Below are positions 39,498 through 49,159 of a stretch of 64,000 nucleotides of DNA, piece by piece. Origin of the DNA: a virus; IMG/VR virus record IMGVR_UViG_3300049435_000050, positions 1 through 64,000 of that record; one strand, given 5' to 3'. The first letter of the stretch is position 1, and every line of letters starts with the position of its first letter. The notes below the pieces were generated by a model, which saw only the letters and a program-made list of their open reading frames with translations, did not search any database and was not told where the DNA came from. Made by a program: the position numbers and the translations under genes.

Positions 39498-40513
39498 TGA
39501 AAGCAAAAACCATAAAAAAAATCCTCAGCAAAAAGTTTGATGATTTTGTAAAATCCATTAAGGACAAAGACCTGCAAAAGTTGGTAGAAAAAAATACTAT
39601 CATCACAGGCGGATGTATAACATCAATGCTTTTGAAAGAAAATGTGAATGATTTTGATTTATACTTTACCAATAAAGAAACCGTATTAGCGATTGCTGCT
39701 TATTATGTTAAGGAATTTAAGAAAGATAATCCATATTTAGAAATATCAGTAGTAGATGTAGATAAACTGATACCACACTCCGAATGGGAAAAACTAAAGG
39801 AGAAACCATTAGATATTAATAATGAAGCTTTAGGTGATGCGGATTATTATGCTTTACGCGGATTTTCACAAAGCGGACGTATTGGGGTGTTCTGCGCCTC
39901 CATCATGGGCAAAAGTGAGGGCGAAGATAATGTGCTATCTGAAAAGGAGATTGATATTATAAGTAGCGTATTGGATGATAAGGATGCCTCAGATATTGCC
40001 GAAGCCCCTAAGTCTGCAGAAAAGTACAAACCTGTTTTTTTATCTCCAAATGCTATATCACTATCTAACTGCGTGCAACTTATACTACGATTTTACGGGG
40101 ATGCAAAGGAAATACATAAAAACTTTGACTTCGTGCATTGCACAAGTTACTGGACTTCTAATGACAAGCAATTATTTTTAAGTCCTAAAGCAATGGAGTC
40201 AATTTTAGCCAGAGAATTGGTTTATATTGGTTCATTGTACCCTGTTACTTCAATCATTAGGACACGTAAATTTATTAATCGTAACTGGACAATAAATGCA
40301 GGCACATATCTTAAAATCATGTTCCAAATATCTAAACTTGATTTAACAAGCATAGCCACATTGGAAGATCAATTAATCGGAGTTGATATAGGTTACTTCA
40401 TGGCACTCATTAATGCACTTAAAGCGGCTGAATTTGCGGCCAAAGACGAAGGCGAAACTTTCTGCTTGACTTATGAGTATATTATAGATGTTATTGATAG
40501 GATATTTAATTAA
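39497..40513 (+). CDS. Pol-beta-superfamily nucleotidyltransferase-like protein
   Basis: 'IITGGCITS....VNDFDLYF'; 'NFDFVHC'. Confidence 0.6.
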   Translation: MKAKTIKKILSKKFDDFVKSIKDKDLQKLVEKNTIITGGCITSMLLKENVNDFDLYFTNKETVLAIAAYYVKEFKKDNPYLEISVVDVDKLIPHSEWEKLKEKPLDINNEALGDADYYALRGFSQSGRIGVFCASIMGKSEGEDNVLSEKEIDIISSVLDDKDASDIAEAPKSAEKYKPVFLSPNAISLSNCVQLILRFYGDAKEIHKNFDFVHCTSYWTSNDKQLFLSPKAMESILARELVYIGSLYPVTSIIRTRKFINRNWTINAGTYLKIMFQISKLDLTSIATLEDQLIGVDIGYFMALINALKAAEFAAKDEGETFCLTYEYIIDVIDRIFN

Positions 40514-40850
40514 GACATAAGAGCGCGTTTTTTTTAATCATAGTAAAATGTAATGTTAAACTTGTTTAGGGAAAATCAATGCTGGCACGTGCGCTCGCCA
40601 GTTTAACAGAATGGGAACTGTCCTAAATACCCAAATTGTGATAAGGTTTAGGTTTGACCGGGTAAACTGCGAGAGTGAACCCGGTTTATTAACTCAAATA
40701 AATGATTATGAAAAGAACTTCTACTCAACAGCCAGTAATACCACAAGGGTACACAGGCGATATGCGTCACTTCAACCAGTGGCAAAGCTATCTGTTAAAA
40801 CAGATGGATAAAATTAAGGGCCTGCGACTGACTGAACGAAATAAGGCTTA

Positions 40851-41087
40851 ATGGCACGTACAAGAGTCACAGTGACCTTACAATCAAAAATAAATAGTAG
40901 CCCTGACTTTTATACGCTTAGATGGCTGCAAGAGTTGGCAGAGGGTGTAAAAGATAAAAATGCAGACCGATATAAGGCTTACAATAAAGTGTTTAATAAC
41001 TTAGGGAGTGATGGCAAAAATAAGAAAAACGCCAACGGAAATAAAACAAGAGATATTGTTGAGAAAATTACGACCGAAGCAATCTAA
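40851..41087 (+). CDS. Hypothetical protein
   Basis: 78 aa ORF. Confidence 0.45.
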   Translation: MARTRVTVTLQSKINSSPDFYTLRWLQELAEGVKDKNADRYKAYNKVFNNLGSDGKNKKNANGNKTRDIVEKITTEAI

Positions 41088-41370
41088 GAAAGCTAAAATA
41101 AAAAAAATTAAAAAACAGCTATTTATAGATAGGGTAGCTTTTAGAAAACAACAGCCTTATTCTGACTTCCTTAAAGGTAAATATTGGCAACAGGTACGTA
41201 AATCAGTTTTAAAAAGAGACAAAAATATGTGTATCATTTGTAAATTAGAGAGTAACTTACAGGTTCATCACGATACGTATAAAAATCACGGTGACGAGAT
41301 GAACCATTTGGAAGATTTAATGACTCTTTGCCGTAAATGCCACAAAGAACACCATGATGCACAAAAATAA
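41011..41370 (+). CDS. HNH endonuclease (McrA-like Zn-binding type)
   Basis: 'W...RK.VLKRD..MCIIC....LQVHH...LMTLCRKCH..HH'. Confidence 0.85.
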   Translation: MAKIRKTPTEIKQEILLRKLRPKQSKKAKIKKIKKQLFIDRVAFRKQQPYSDFLKGKYWQQVRKSVLKRDKNMCIICKLESNLQVHHDTYKNHGDEMNHLEDLMTLCRKCHKEHHDAQK

Positions 41371-41610
41371 TTTTAGCCCGTTAAAACGCCCAAAAAAAAG
41401 AATATGAAAATAGAAATAACCTATTCCCGCTACCCCAACATGAAAGAGGCCCGGCTCTTTGAAAAGAGAACGATAAAAATCTTCGGGATAAGTTTCACGG
41501 TATGGAAGCAGGTAGACTGGTACAGGGGCTATTCATTAAGCATCAGGGCGCAAATCCCCCCTCATACAGAACAAAGGTAAAAACAGTTTAAAAAATAAAC
41601 CCAAATAAAC

Positions 41611-41910
41611 ATGAACACACAAAAATTCAGCATTATCAGAACTCATTCCGCAGGTGTATGGTTCGGCAACATCAAAAAATTAGATGGCAGTATCGCTATC
41701 ATTACTAACGCAAGAAGGTTATGGTATTGGTCAGGGGCGGCCTCATTGAGCCAATTAGCGGTTGAAGGCACTAAAAGGCCACGTGATTGCAAATTCACGG
41801 TGACTATAACCGATGAGGATGGCGTTTATTTGCCACAGGTTATTGAGGTACTTCCATGCACTAATGAAGCTGTTGAAAACATTAATTCAGTGCCAGTATG
41901 GAAGATTTAA
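41611..41910 (+). CDS. Conserved phage hypothetical protein preceding Gly-repeat protein
   Basis: 'IIRTHSAGVWFG', 'ARRLWYWSGAASLSQLAVEG'. Confidence 0.8.
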   Translation: MNTQKFSIIRTHSAGVWFGNIKKLDGSIAIITNARRLWYWSGAASLSQLAVEGTKRPRDCKFTVTITDEDGVYLPQVIEVLPCTNEAVENINSVPVWKI

Positions 41911-42674
41911 TCAAAGCATTTATGGCGGCAACGCCGCAAAATTCCGGTTACGGTGACGGTTACGGTTCCGGTGACGGTTACGGTGACGGTGACGGTTCCG
42001 GTTCCGGTTCCGGTGACGGTTCCGGTTACGGTGACGGTTCCGGTTCCGGTGACGGTTCCGGTTACGGTGACGGTGACGGTTCCGGTTACGGTTACGGTGA
42101 CGGTTCCGGTTACGGTTACGGTTACGGTTACGGTGACGGTTACGGTGACGGTGACGTAAAGACTATTAATCACAGCGAGTATAAAAAAGGCTTTTTAGAT
42201 AAGCAAATTCATTCGTTAAAGTCATTCAACGGAGATCCAGTATATTATATAGATAATATCCCTTGTACGTTTTTATCAATCGTGAACAATGTGGCTAAAG
42301 TCGCCGTAATAAAAGATGACTTTAGCATAAAAAAAATGTACATCGCCAAGTCGGGTAATCTCTTTGCACACGGTGATACCAAAGAACAAGCGTTAAGAGC
42401 GGTAAATGAAAAGTTTTACGCCTCAATGTCTTTTGAAGAACGCAAGGCTGAATTTATCAGCAAGTTCAAAAATGATGCTGTGTACCCGAATCGACACTTC
42501 TTTGAATGGCATCATTTGTTAACAGGGAGTTGCGAAAGCGGGCGCATGATGTTTGTTGAATCACACGGGATTGATCTCGACGCTGGGATGAATACGATTA
42601 CATTTTTGAACTTGACAAAAAACGAGTACAACGGTGAAATTATCAAAGATATTTTAAGCCAAATAAGTTACTAG
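41898..42674 (+). CDS. Gly-X (GY/GD/GS) repeat phage protein
   Basis: 35 GX dipeptides, then 'FAHGDT', 'WHHLLTGSC..GR' domain. Confidence 0.8.
   Translation: MEDLIKAFMAATPQNSGYGDGYGSGDGYGDGDGSGSGSGDGSGYGDGSGSGDGSGYGDGDGSGYGYGDGSGYGYGYGYGDGYGDGDVKTINHSEYKKGFLDKQIHSLKSFNGDPVYYIDNIPCTFLSIVNNVAKVAVIKDDFSIKKMYIAKSGNLFAHGDTKEQALRAVNEKFYASMSFEERKAEFISKFKNDAVYPNRHFFEWHHLLTGSCESGRMMFVESHGIDLDAGMNTITFLNLTKNEYNGEIIKDILSQISY
41946..42155. repeat. 35 x 6-bp coding repeat GGT(TAC/GAC/TCC)
   Basis: Directly visible. Confidence 0.95.
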
Positions 42675-42694
42675 GAACAGTTTTAAAAATTGAC

Positions 42695-42985
42695 ATGATG
42701 AAAACATACAAACAGTTCGATAAGAGCGAAAAGTCTTTCGACGAGTTTTTAAAACCATTAGATCGGATAGATTGGGAGTTGTGTGAATATATCCTATGCG
42801 GATGGGTACCCTCTAATTTCAATGATGGCACTTGGGGGCAAAACGGAGAGTGTTGTTTTGGAAAAGATGGGATAAACTATTATTCAACTGTTTTGATGTT
42901 AGATGACAAATATTACTTTATGGGTAATTGCCCCTCTTTGACGCCAGAAGTTTATCCAGATAAGCAGCTTGATTACGATTATTAA
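42695..42985 (+). CDS. Hypothetical protein
   Basis: 96 aa. Confidence 0.6.
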   Translation: MMKTYKQFDKSEKSFDEFLKPLDRIDWELCEYILCGWVPSNFNDGTWGQNGECCFGKDGINYYSTVLMLDDKYYFMGNCPSLTPEVYPDKQLDYDY

Positions 42986-43028
42986 CTGAGATTAACCCCC
43001 TCTATTTAGAGGAAACAGAAAAGAGATT

Positions 43029-43343
43029 ATGAAAACAGAAAAAGACATGCTACCCTGTAAGTTTAAAGTAGGCGACACGGTGGTTTATGCAGGATTACAG
43101 GCTACGGTAGAAAGTATTAGCCCAGTTTATAGCTATAATTATTGGCTATTGAGCCTTGTTTCTGTCGAAGATGAAGAACTAACATGTACGGCAAATGAAT
43201 GCGAATGCGAGCCATTTAACAGTGATATATTCGACACTGATTTATCAGAACAGATGCTTGCCGATGCGAGGTTGGAAAGCTGCCGTATCCAAAACTTAGG
43301 CGATAGTTTGACCGATAAATATTTTCGAGACGGAAATCATTAA
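43029..43343 (+). CDS. Hypothetical protein
   Basis: 104 aa; 'KFKVGDTV' SH3-like start. Confidence 0.6.
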   Translation: MKTEKDMLPCKFKVGDTVVYAGLQATVESISPVYSYNYWLLSLVSVEDEELTCTANECECEPFNSDIFDTDLSEQMLADARLESCRIQNLGDSLTDKYFRDGNH

Positions 43344-43400
43344 CCCCTTTCCCCCTTCCTTAAAACAGTACAGTAAGTAACCTCAATTAAAAATAGAATT

Positions 43401-43772
43401 ATGAAAAATAGAGAAATAAAATTTCGTTTTTGGGTAGAAAAAGCCGCCAAAATGAGTGATTGGGAAACCGCAAAAAAAGAATGTGACCGCCTTTCACTTT
43501 TAAGTTTTGAGGGTTTTATTCCCATGCAATTTACTGGCCTAAAGGACAAAAACGGAGTTGAGATTTACGAGGGTGATATATGTTCAAAAATGATTAGCCC
43601 CGATGAAAATAACCTTGCGCCAAAAGAATTACATAGAGGTGTGATAGTTTTTCATTTCGGCGGATTTTGTTATAAGTCCGGTGATTATTATTATCCGATG
43701 TCTCGCACAAGTGGAGTTGTTGAAGTAATCGGCAATATATACCAATCCCCTGAACTAAAAGATAAACTATAA
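43401..43772 (+). CDS. YopX-family protein
   Basis: 'REIKFR', 'MQFTGLKDKNGVEIYEGDI', 'EVIGNIYQ.PEL'. Confidence 0.9.
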   Translation: MKNREIKFRFWVEKAAKMSDWETAKKECDRLSLLSFEGFIPMQFTGLKDKNGVEIYEGDICSKMISPDENNLAPKELHRGVIVFHFGGFCYKSGDYYYPMSRTSGVVEVIGNIYQSPELKDKL

Positions 43773-43803
43773 ATAGATAACCCAATGAAAATAGAATATA
43801 CTA

Positions 43804-44544
43804 ATGGATAAAGAAAAGATGAAACGAGTTATAAATTTCAGTGGTGGTAAAACATCTGCATTAATGACTATCCTTTTGAAGCCGACAGAAGATGATATAG
43901 TTTTGTTTACCGATACGAAGTGGGAGCATGAAAAGACTTATAAATTCTTAGATGACTTTGAAAAGAACGAGGGCATAAAGGTACATCGTGCTACATACGA
44001 AAATAAAAAGCGTCCAGACTTGCAGGGATTTGAAGCGTTGGTTAATACACGTAAATCTATGCCCAACCGAATGAAACGGATGTGTACAGTTGATCTGAAG
44101 GTTTTCACGGCTAAACGCTATTTAAGGACGCTTGGTGTATGCACATTTGAAAATTATATCGGCTTTAGGTTTGATGAACCGCACCGGGTAAATAGGTTTA
44201 AAGAGCAATTTAAAAAGGTATTTACCAAGTTTCCTTTATATGATCAGGGAATCACAAAAGAAATGGTCAATCAATATTGGCTAACGAAACCCTATAATTT
44301 AGAGATACCCTCAATACTTGGCAACTGTGATTTGTGTTTCTTGAAAGGCAAGGATAATATTATAAAAATCATGGCGCTGTACCCGGAATTGGCGGACAAA
44401 TGGATCGAGGCCGAGCAAGGCAAGAAAGGTACATTCATCAAAGGAATCTCTTACAAACAACTACGGCATATTGCCCTTAGTCAGCAATCATTATTCGATT
44501 TGGATAAAGCCTTGCCTGCCTACAATTGCTCATGTACAGCTTAA
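43804..44544 (+). CDS. PAPS reductase-family (PP-loop) protein
   Basis: 'NFSGGKTS', 'FTDT.WEH..TY.F', 'RMCT.DLK', 'IGFR.DE', 'GNCDLCFLK'. Confidence 0.85.
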   Translation: MDKEKMKRVINFSGGKTSALMTILLKPTEDDIVLFTDTKWEHEKTYKFLDDFEKNEGIKVHRATYENKKRPDLQGFEALVNTRKSMPNRMKRMCTVDLKVFTAKRYLRTLGVCTFENYIGFRFDEPHRVNRFKEQFKKVFTKFPLYDQGITKEMVNQYWLTKPYNLEIPSILGNCDLCFLKGKDNIIKIMALYPELADKWIEAEQGKKGTFIKGISYKQLRHIALSQQSLFDLDKALPAYNCSCTA

Positions 44545-44729
44545 TACCCCTAACACAAAGTAATCAATATGGATAACAAACCAAAGAAGCGAAAGCTTAA
44601 AAATCATTTTTACCTGTCAACAAAGATAGGAATGGTACACGTAAATATGAACCCTGATGCGGATAATGAAACGTTGGAAGCAGTTCAAAAGATGGTCGAA
44701 TTAGCTTATCATAAAGTAAAATAATTAAC

Positions 44730-45074
44730 ATGGAAACTATACAACAAAAGATCAATAAGGCAAAAAACATCGGTTCGGATGATTTGCTTGATAGTAGCTT
44801 AGGTAGCCTTTTATCTGCTCTTGAGCGGTACGAGCAAGTATACAAGCACGGGTTCAGTATTGAAAACGACTATGCTTTTTATAAAGATGGCGAACTTAAG
44901 CAGGCCGCAATGTTTTGTCTGTTCCCAACTATTTACCAATGGCCGCGTGGTTGGGATTTGCATTTTAAGGATAAAATCCTACTAAAGTCTGAAATTGAGC
45001 GTTCGGTAATCGCATCGGCTTTCCTATCATCTGAGGCCGACAGACTGCTTTATAAACAAAGAAACCTGCTTTAA
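44730..45074 (+). CDS. Conserved phage hypothetical protein
   Basis: 'ER..Q..KHGFS.END...Y..GEL..AA....WP..W'. Confidence 0.7.
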   Translation: METIQQKINKAKNIGSDDLLDSSLGSLLSALERYEQVYKHGFSIENDYAFYKDGELKQAAMFCLFPTIYQWPRGWDLHFKDKILLKSEIERSVIASAFLSSEADRLLYKQRNLL

Positions 45075-45088
45075 CCCATTTAACAGCC

Positions 45089-45352
45089 ATGAACAAAGAA
45101 CAAAGCGAACTGAAAGAACAATGCCCTGAATTTCCACATTTTGGAGCAAGCTATCCCGATGCCAGATGCATTGACGGCTATCTGTGGGATTTAGATAAAT
45201 ATGAAGATGGACAACTTTATGGCGGTGGCGATGACCCGTGCCCATTCTGCAACACGGATGAACATATCGAGCATCACCTTGACCCTTTAAATGGCATCAC
45301 CAAAGAAGTAATTTTGGCTCATATTGAATATTTAAAAAAGAGGTACTCATGA
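45089..45352 (+). CDS. Hypothetical Cys-containing protein
   Basis: 'FGASYPDARCIDGYLWDLD...GG..PCPFCN'. Confidence 0.7.
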   Translation: MNKEQSELKEQCPEFPHFGASYPDARCIDGYLWDLDKYEDGQLYGGGDDPCPFCNTDEHIEHHLDPLNGITKEVILAHIEYLKKRYS

Positions 45353-45730
45353 AGCCACTAAAGGATTTTATTTCCAGAATACTGGAGAGTAATTATTACG
45401 TTGACTACTCGGATAACGTAGAATTATTATCAGCCATCGAGCAATACGCAGCTCAATTCAAACTCACCCCCACAGATAGAATAGAAGGAGAGAATAAGAG
45501 ATGAACATGCACGGACTTTTAAAAGCGCACGGCGGTATAATGAAGATGACTGCTATACAGGATTACAATTGTGTGAAGCTGTATGTTATAGAAAAAGGGT
45601 TTGAAGTAGTAGAACCTAAAAATACAACTAAAAACAGGATTGAAAATGCGACTGCTGAAATGTTGCATCCAATGTTATCGTTTCCACACTATTTAAATAG
45701 GGGATTTTCTTATTATAAATCATTAATCAA

Positions 45731-46006
45731 ATGAAAACCGATATAACACTCGAAGAAGCCTGTAGTCAGGAGAGCCGTTTTTACAATGCCTTAAATGGTC
45801 AAGAACGAATTGTTTACATGACAGGCGCTAAATTTGGTGCTAATTGGAAATCCAACAGGCTATCCAAAAAGGAAAGGGAGATGAGGGAAGTGCTTGCGAA
45901 ATGGGAAAACGAGGCAAAATCATATAAACAATACGATGACCGCATAGAATTAGGCATAATAACAGGCTGCATCCAAGATTTAAAAGAGGCACTTAAAGAA
46001 AAATAA
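45731..46006 (+). CDS. Hypothetical protein
   Basis: 91 aa; coupled. Confidence 0.55.
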   Translation: MKTDITLEEACSQESRFYNALNGQERIVYMTGAKFGANWKSNRLSKKEREMREVLAKWENEAKSYKQYDDRIELGIITGCIQDLKEALKEK

Positions 46007-46008
46007 TA

Positions 46009-46380
46009 ATGAAAACAATCTTAACAATACTTCTTGCCTTTACAGTATCGGCAGGGATGGCGCAAAGTAAAACAGATACGGTTTTATTCGACAAATATAG
46101 TACCACTGTCGCTTCTTCTTCTAAAGAACCACATAAAGTAATTAAACTCGATACTGAAAGATGTTGGTTCAAAGAGTTGGATATACGCTTATGCCGTTGC
46201 TTAGGCGCGGGGGATACTATAATTGAGCATTGGCGACACGGCTATCAGGTCATTGAAACATTAAATTCAGTACACTGGGTAAGTGACACGCAATTTATAA
46301 ATGATACGGAATTGGCTTTTTATCTATACTCTGACCGGAAAACAAAGGTGACAAATAAAATCATTTACTCATTTAAGTAA
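46009..46380 (+). CDS. Secreted hypothetical protein (GMA|Q)
   Basis: MKTILTILLAFTVSAGMA-QSKTDTV. Confidence 0.7.
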   Translation: MKTILTILLAFTVSAGMAQSKTDTVLFDKYSTTVASSSKEPHKVIKLDTERCWFKELDIRLCRCLGAGDTIIEHWRHGYQVIETLNSVHWVSDTQFINDTELAFYLYSDRKTKVTNKIIYSFK

Positions 46381-46431
46381 ACGTTACCCCACAAATAAAA
46401 TGAACGACAACGACCGTAACAAAGTATAACC

Positions 46432-46983
46432 ATGAGTAAAAATACCCGATGGACACCTCATGACCTCAAAAGGTTAAATCTTGTTGAAAAAGATGGGCAA
46501 TATGTCAAAGTATCCTCTTTGGTAAGTAAAAAAGTAAAAAAGCTATTGCCATTGATCACTGACTTTCAGCAATCCGATATTGTAAGGATTGAGAATAGGG
46601 AAACAGGAAACAAGAAGGTGCGTAACGCCACTAAATCAGTAGTCAATGGCGTGAAGTTTGATAGTAACCTTGAGAAATACATGCACTACCTGCTCACAGG
46701 CGCTCAGATCGACTTTGAGTTCCAAAAGGTATTCATACTCCAACCTAAATTTAAATACCATACAGAGAACGTAAGGGCTATATCCAAGATAGTCGATTTT
46801 TATCTTGAGTCAAGGTCGGTTATCATAGACACGAAAGGGTTCAGCAATGACGTATCGCCTATGAAGCATAAAATGTTGAAGTTTGCTTTAATGAATGACT
46901 ACGGCATACAACCAGAGATATTTATGCCATCAACCAAACAAGAATGCCAATTACTACTTAACCGATTACTTTACGACAAATGA
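46432..46983 (+). CDS. DUF1064-like PD-(D/E)XK endonuclease
   Basis: 'GVKFDS.LE', 'Q..F.LQP', 'VDFY....IIDTKG'. Confidence 0.8.
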   Translation: MSKNTRWTPHDLKRLNLVEKDGQYVKVSSLVSKKVKKLLPLITDFQQSDIVRIENRETGNKKVRNATKSVVNGVKFDSNLEKYMHYLLTGAQIDFEFQKVFILQPKFKYHTENVRAISKIVDFYLESRSVIIDTKGFSNDVSPMKHKMLKFALMNDYGIQPEIFMPSTKQECQLLLNRLLYDK

Positions 46984-47255
46984 AAATTACAATCACAATA
47001 GCCCTGATATTAGTAGCTTCTATCAGTATGGCACAAACTAAAGCAGACACTTCCAAACGTTACCGCTTTTCCGAGCCGGACGTTATACTTATTGACCAAC
47101 TTATGGGGCAGTTAGATATTGTAAGCGGAAACAGCGACAAGGTAAGCACAGCACAGTATAACGCTATACGCCACTCCATAGCAAGAGTAGACAGTCTGAT
47201 AAAGGCGCAGTATAGCAAATTCCACCCTGCTAAATCCGAGCCTAAGAAGCCATGA
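46980..47255 (+). CDS. Secreted hypothetical protein (SMA|Q)
   Basis: MKITITIALILVASISMA-QTKADTS. Confidence 0.7.
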   Translation: MKITITIALILVASISMAQTKADTSKRYRFSEPDVILIDQLMGQLDIVSGNSDKVSTAQYNAIRHSIARVDSLIKAQYSKFHPAKSEPKKP

Positions 47256-47414
47256 TTAACGACCATAACTTCTTCACCAGGATAACCAAGCCACGGTTTC
47301 CTGTGCGCAAAACATACTCTAAGCAGGAGATAACATTTTATTTAGAAGTTTTTGCATCTTTAAGAGTAACTTTGAAAAAGTAATTAACATAATTTCAAAC
47401 ATAAATAATCAAAA

Positions 47415-48002
47415 ATGAGCATCCTTTCCCCCCTTATTTCAATTTGGACGTGGTTCAAAAAAAATGTCATTGATCATGCCAAAGACGCAGCTAAAGTGGC
47501 TGTAACTATAACAGAGACCGTAAAAACTCTTTTAAATAACCCATTAACTGGCTTCCTGTTAAACCTTGCTGATGGTATCACCCATACACAGTTGCCAACA
47601 GAGGTAGCAACTTTTGTAAACAACCAGATACCTAAAATATTGGCTGTTGAATTAGCTATTGAGGGTTTGCCGGATAATCCTACTGAAGTTGATATTTTAG
47701 CCTTTGAACAACGTGTATTAACCGCTTTCTCCGTTCACGATGACAAGAGCAAGCTATACACGGTACTCGCGGCACAGATATACAGAATTTTAAAGGATAA
47801 GCTGGCTGACGGTAAGTTAACTTTTGCAGAAGGTGTACAAGCTATACAGGAATCATGGTTAGCCTATCAGGTTGATTTAGCCGCTAATACGGGGGTTGTA
47901 GACGCTCCGGTTGGTACAGTGCTGCCAAATGGCAATATTGTCGTGGAGAGCGCCGCAGATGCCTTAAATGACATTAAAAACGATCAAGTAGTCCCGCAAT
48001 AA
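47415..48002 (+). CDS. Hypothetical helical protein with own promoter
   Basis: 195 aa; TAACTTTG at about 47368. Confidence 0.7.
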   Translation: MSILSPLISIWTWFKKNVIDHAKDAAKVAVTITETVKTLLNNPLTGFLLNLADGITHTQLPTEVATFVNNQIPKILAVELAIEGLPDNPTEVDILAFEQRVLTAFSVHDDKSKLYTVLAAQIYRILKDKLADGKLTFAEGVQAIQESWLAYQVDLAANTGVVDAPVGTVLPNGNIVVESAADALNDIKNDQVVPQ

Positions 48003-48073
48003 GCCCGTGGTATTTACGGGCATGGGACTGGATTAAAGAAACTCCGTTTCATGTGGAGTAAATAGTGATTATG

Positions 48074-48100
48074 AGCCGGGTTTGGTCGCCCGGCTTTTTT
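48074..48100 (+). terminator. Terminator at the convergence of plus and minus blocks
   Basis: AGCCGGG-TTTGGTCG-CCCGGCT followed by T run. Confidence 0.75.
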
Positions 48101-48395
48101 AGTTCTTACCTGGTACCTCAACCTTGACAGTGTCGGTATTAACAACTGTTTTGGTAATTGTACCGTCATCTGTTTTAGTTACCTCTTTAGTAGGATCAGC
48201 AGGAGTAAAGAAGTTTTTTACCAAATAAGCAACACCACCAGCTAACGCAGCCATACCTATCTGTTTCCAGTTAAATACAAATTGACCATTAGCAATAGCC
48301 TGTTGAATGATAAACAGTGAAGGTGTGCCTACTGCCATAATAAGACCCTTAATGGCATCATTCCAGTTCAGGGTGAAAAGCGGTGAAGATTTCAT
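48099..48395 (-). CDS. Putative holin
   Basis: 2 TM segments; adjacent to endolysin. Confidence 0.7.
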   Translation of the reverse strand: MKSSPLFTLNWNDAIKGLIMAVGTPSLFIIQQAIANGQFVFNWKQIGMAALAGGVAYLVKNFFTPADPTKEVTKTDDGTITKTVVNTDTVKVEVPGKN

Positions 48396-48442
48396 GTTGT
48401 TTTAGTTTTTACGTATAAATTAAAATAGTGTGTTGTCTTATT

Positions 48443-48961
48443 TTAGATATTTACAAATTCAGTCCCCGATATAAAGTTCTTTGCGTTGTGAAGTGCTAAT
48501 AAATCTCTCCAATTATGCCCTAATTTATTTTCAAGGTGCGGATAATCTTTAAAGTTTCCCGAAAAATCCCCGCCCCAAGTAAAACCATGTGACTTAAAAA
48601 TATTAACTACAGTCATCCAATCATGGTTTACTTCCCATTTATCAACTCCGTTTACCTGCAAATGAAAGTCCAAAGCCATCGCGTAATTGTGGTACGATTG
48701 CCCCGGCTTGGCATTACTTACAATACTACCCGGTGTAGTTCTGCCCTGATCGTATAAGGCCTGGCTCTCAGCGAACGTTCTGTATGTTTGATCTATAACA
48801 GGATGTATACCTACTGGAGTAGCTTTAACAGCCTCGTTGTATGCGTCAATGGCAGACTGCCTAATTTTGGGGTGTAACAGATTTAGTTTGTCTAATGAAG
48901 TCATATCGTAATTTAAAAATGATGTATGAACTACCTCTCCGTCTATTGTTACAAATCCCAT
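48443..48961 (-). CDS. Endolysin, M15-family L-Ala-D-Glu peptidase
   Basis: 'YRT..E...LY.QGRT.PG..V.NAKPGQSYHNY..ALD', 'WGG', 'DYPHLE'. Confidence 0.9.
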   Translation of the reverse strand: MGFVTIDGEVVHTSFLNYDMTSLDKLNLLHPKIRQSAIDAYNEAVKATPVGIHPVIDQTYRTFAESQALYDQGRTTPGSIVSNAKPGQSYHNYAMALDFHLQVNGVDKWEVNHDWMTVVNIFKSHGFTWGGDFSGNFKDYPHLENKLGHNWRDLLALHNAKNFISGTEFVNI

Positions 48962-48963
48962 TT

Positions 48964-49053
48964 CTACACTTTCCTATTTGCTGCCCAAATACCTATCATT
49001 ACTATTATAGCAAGTGTTATGCTTAAATAGAATAGGATATAGGTTGCAGTCAT
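48964..49053 (-). CDS. Single-TM micropeptide (29 aa)
   Basis: MTATYILFYLSITLAIIVMIGIWAANRKV; stop 2 nt before the endolysin ATG. Confidence 0.5.
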   Translation of the reverse strand: MTATYILFYLSITLAIIVMIGIWAANRKV

Positions 49054-49075
49054 TTATTAAATCTACAAAGTATTT

Positions 49076-49159
49076 TTATACTTTCCTAATCTTATCCCAC
49101 CCTATGGCTAAAACAAGTGAGAGGGCTATTACTACTAATATTATAATGTATGGGTTCAT
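49076..49159 (-). CDS. Single-TM micropeptide (27 aa)
   Basis: MNPYIIILVVIALSLVLAIGWDKIRKV; ATGA overlap with upstream gene. Confidence 0.55.
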   Translation of the reverse strand: MNPYIIILVVIALSLVLAIGWDKIRKV

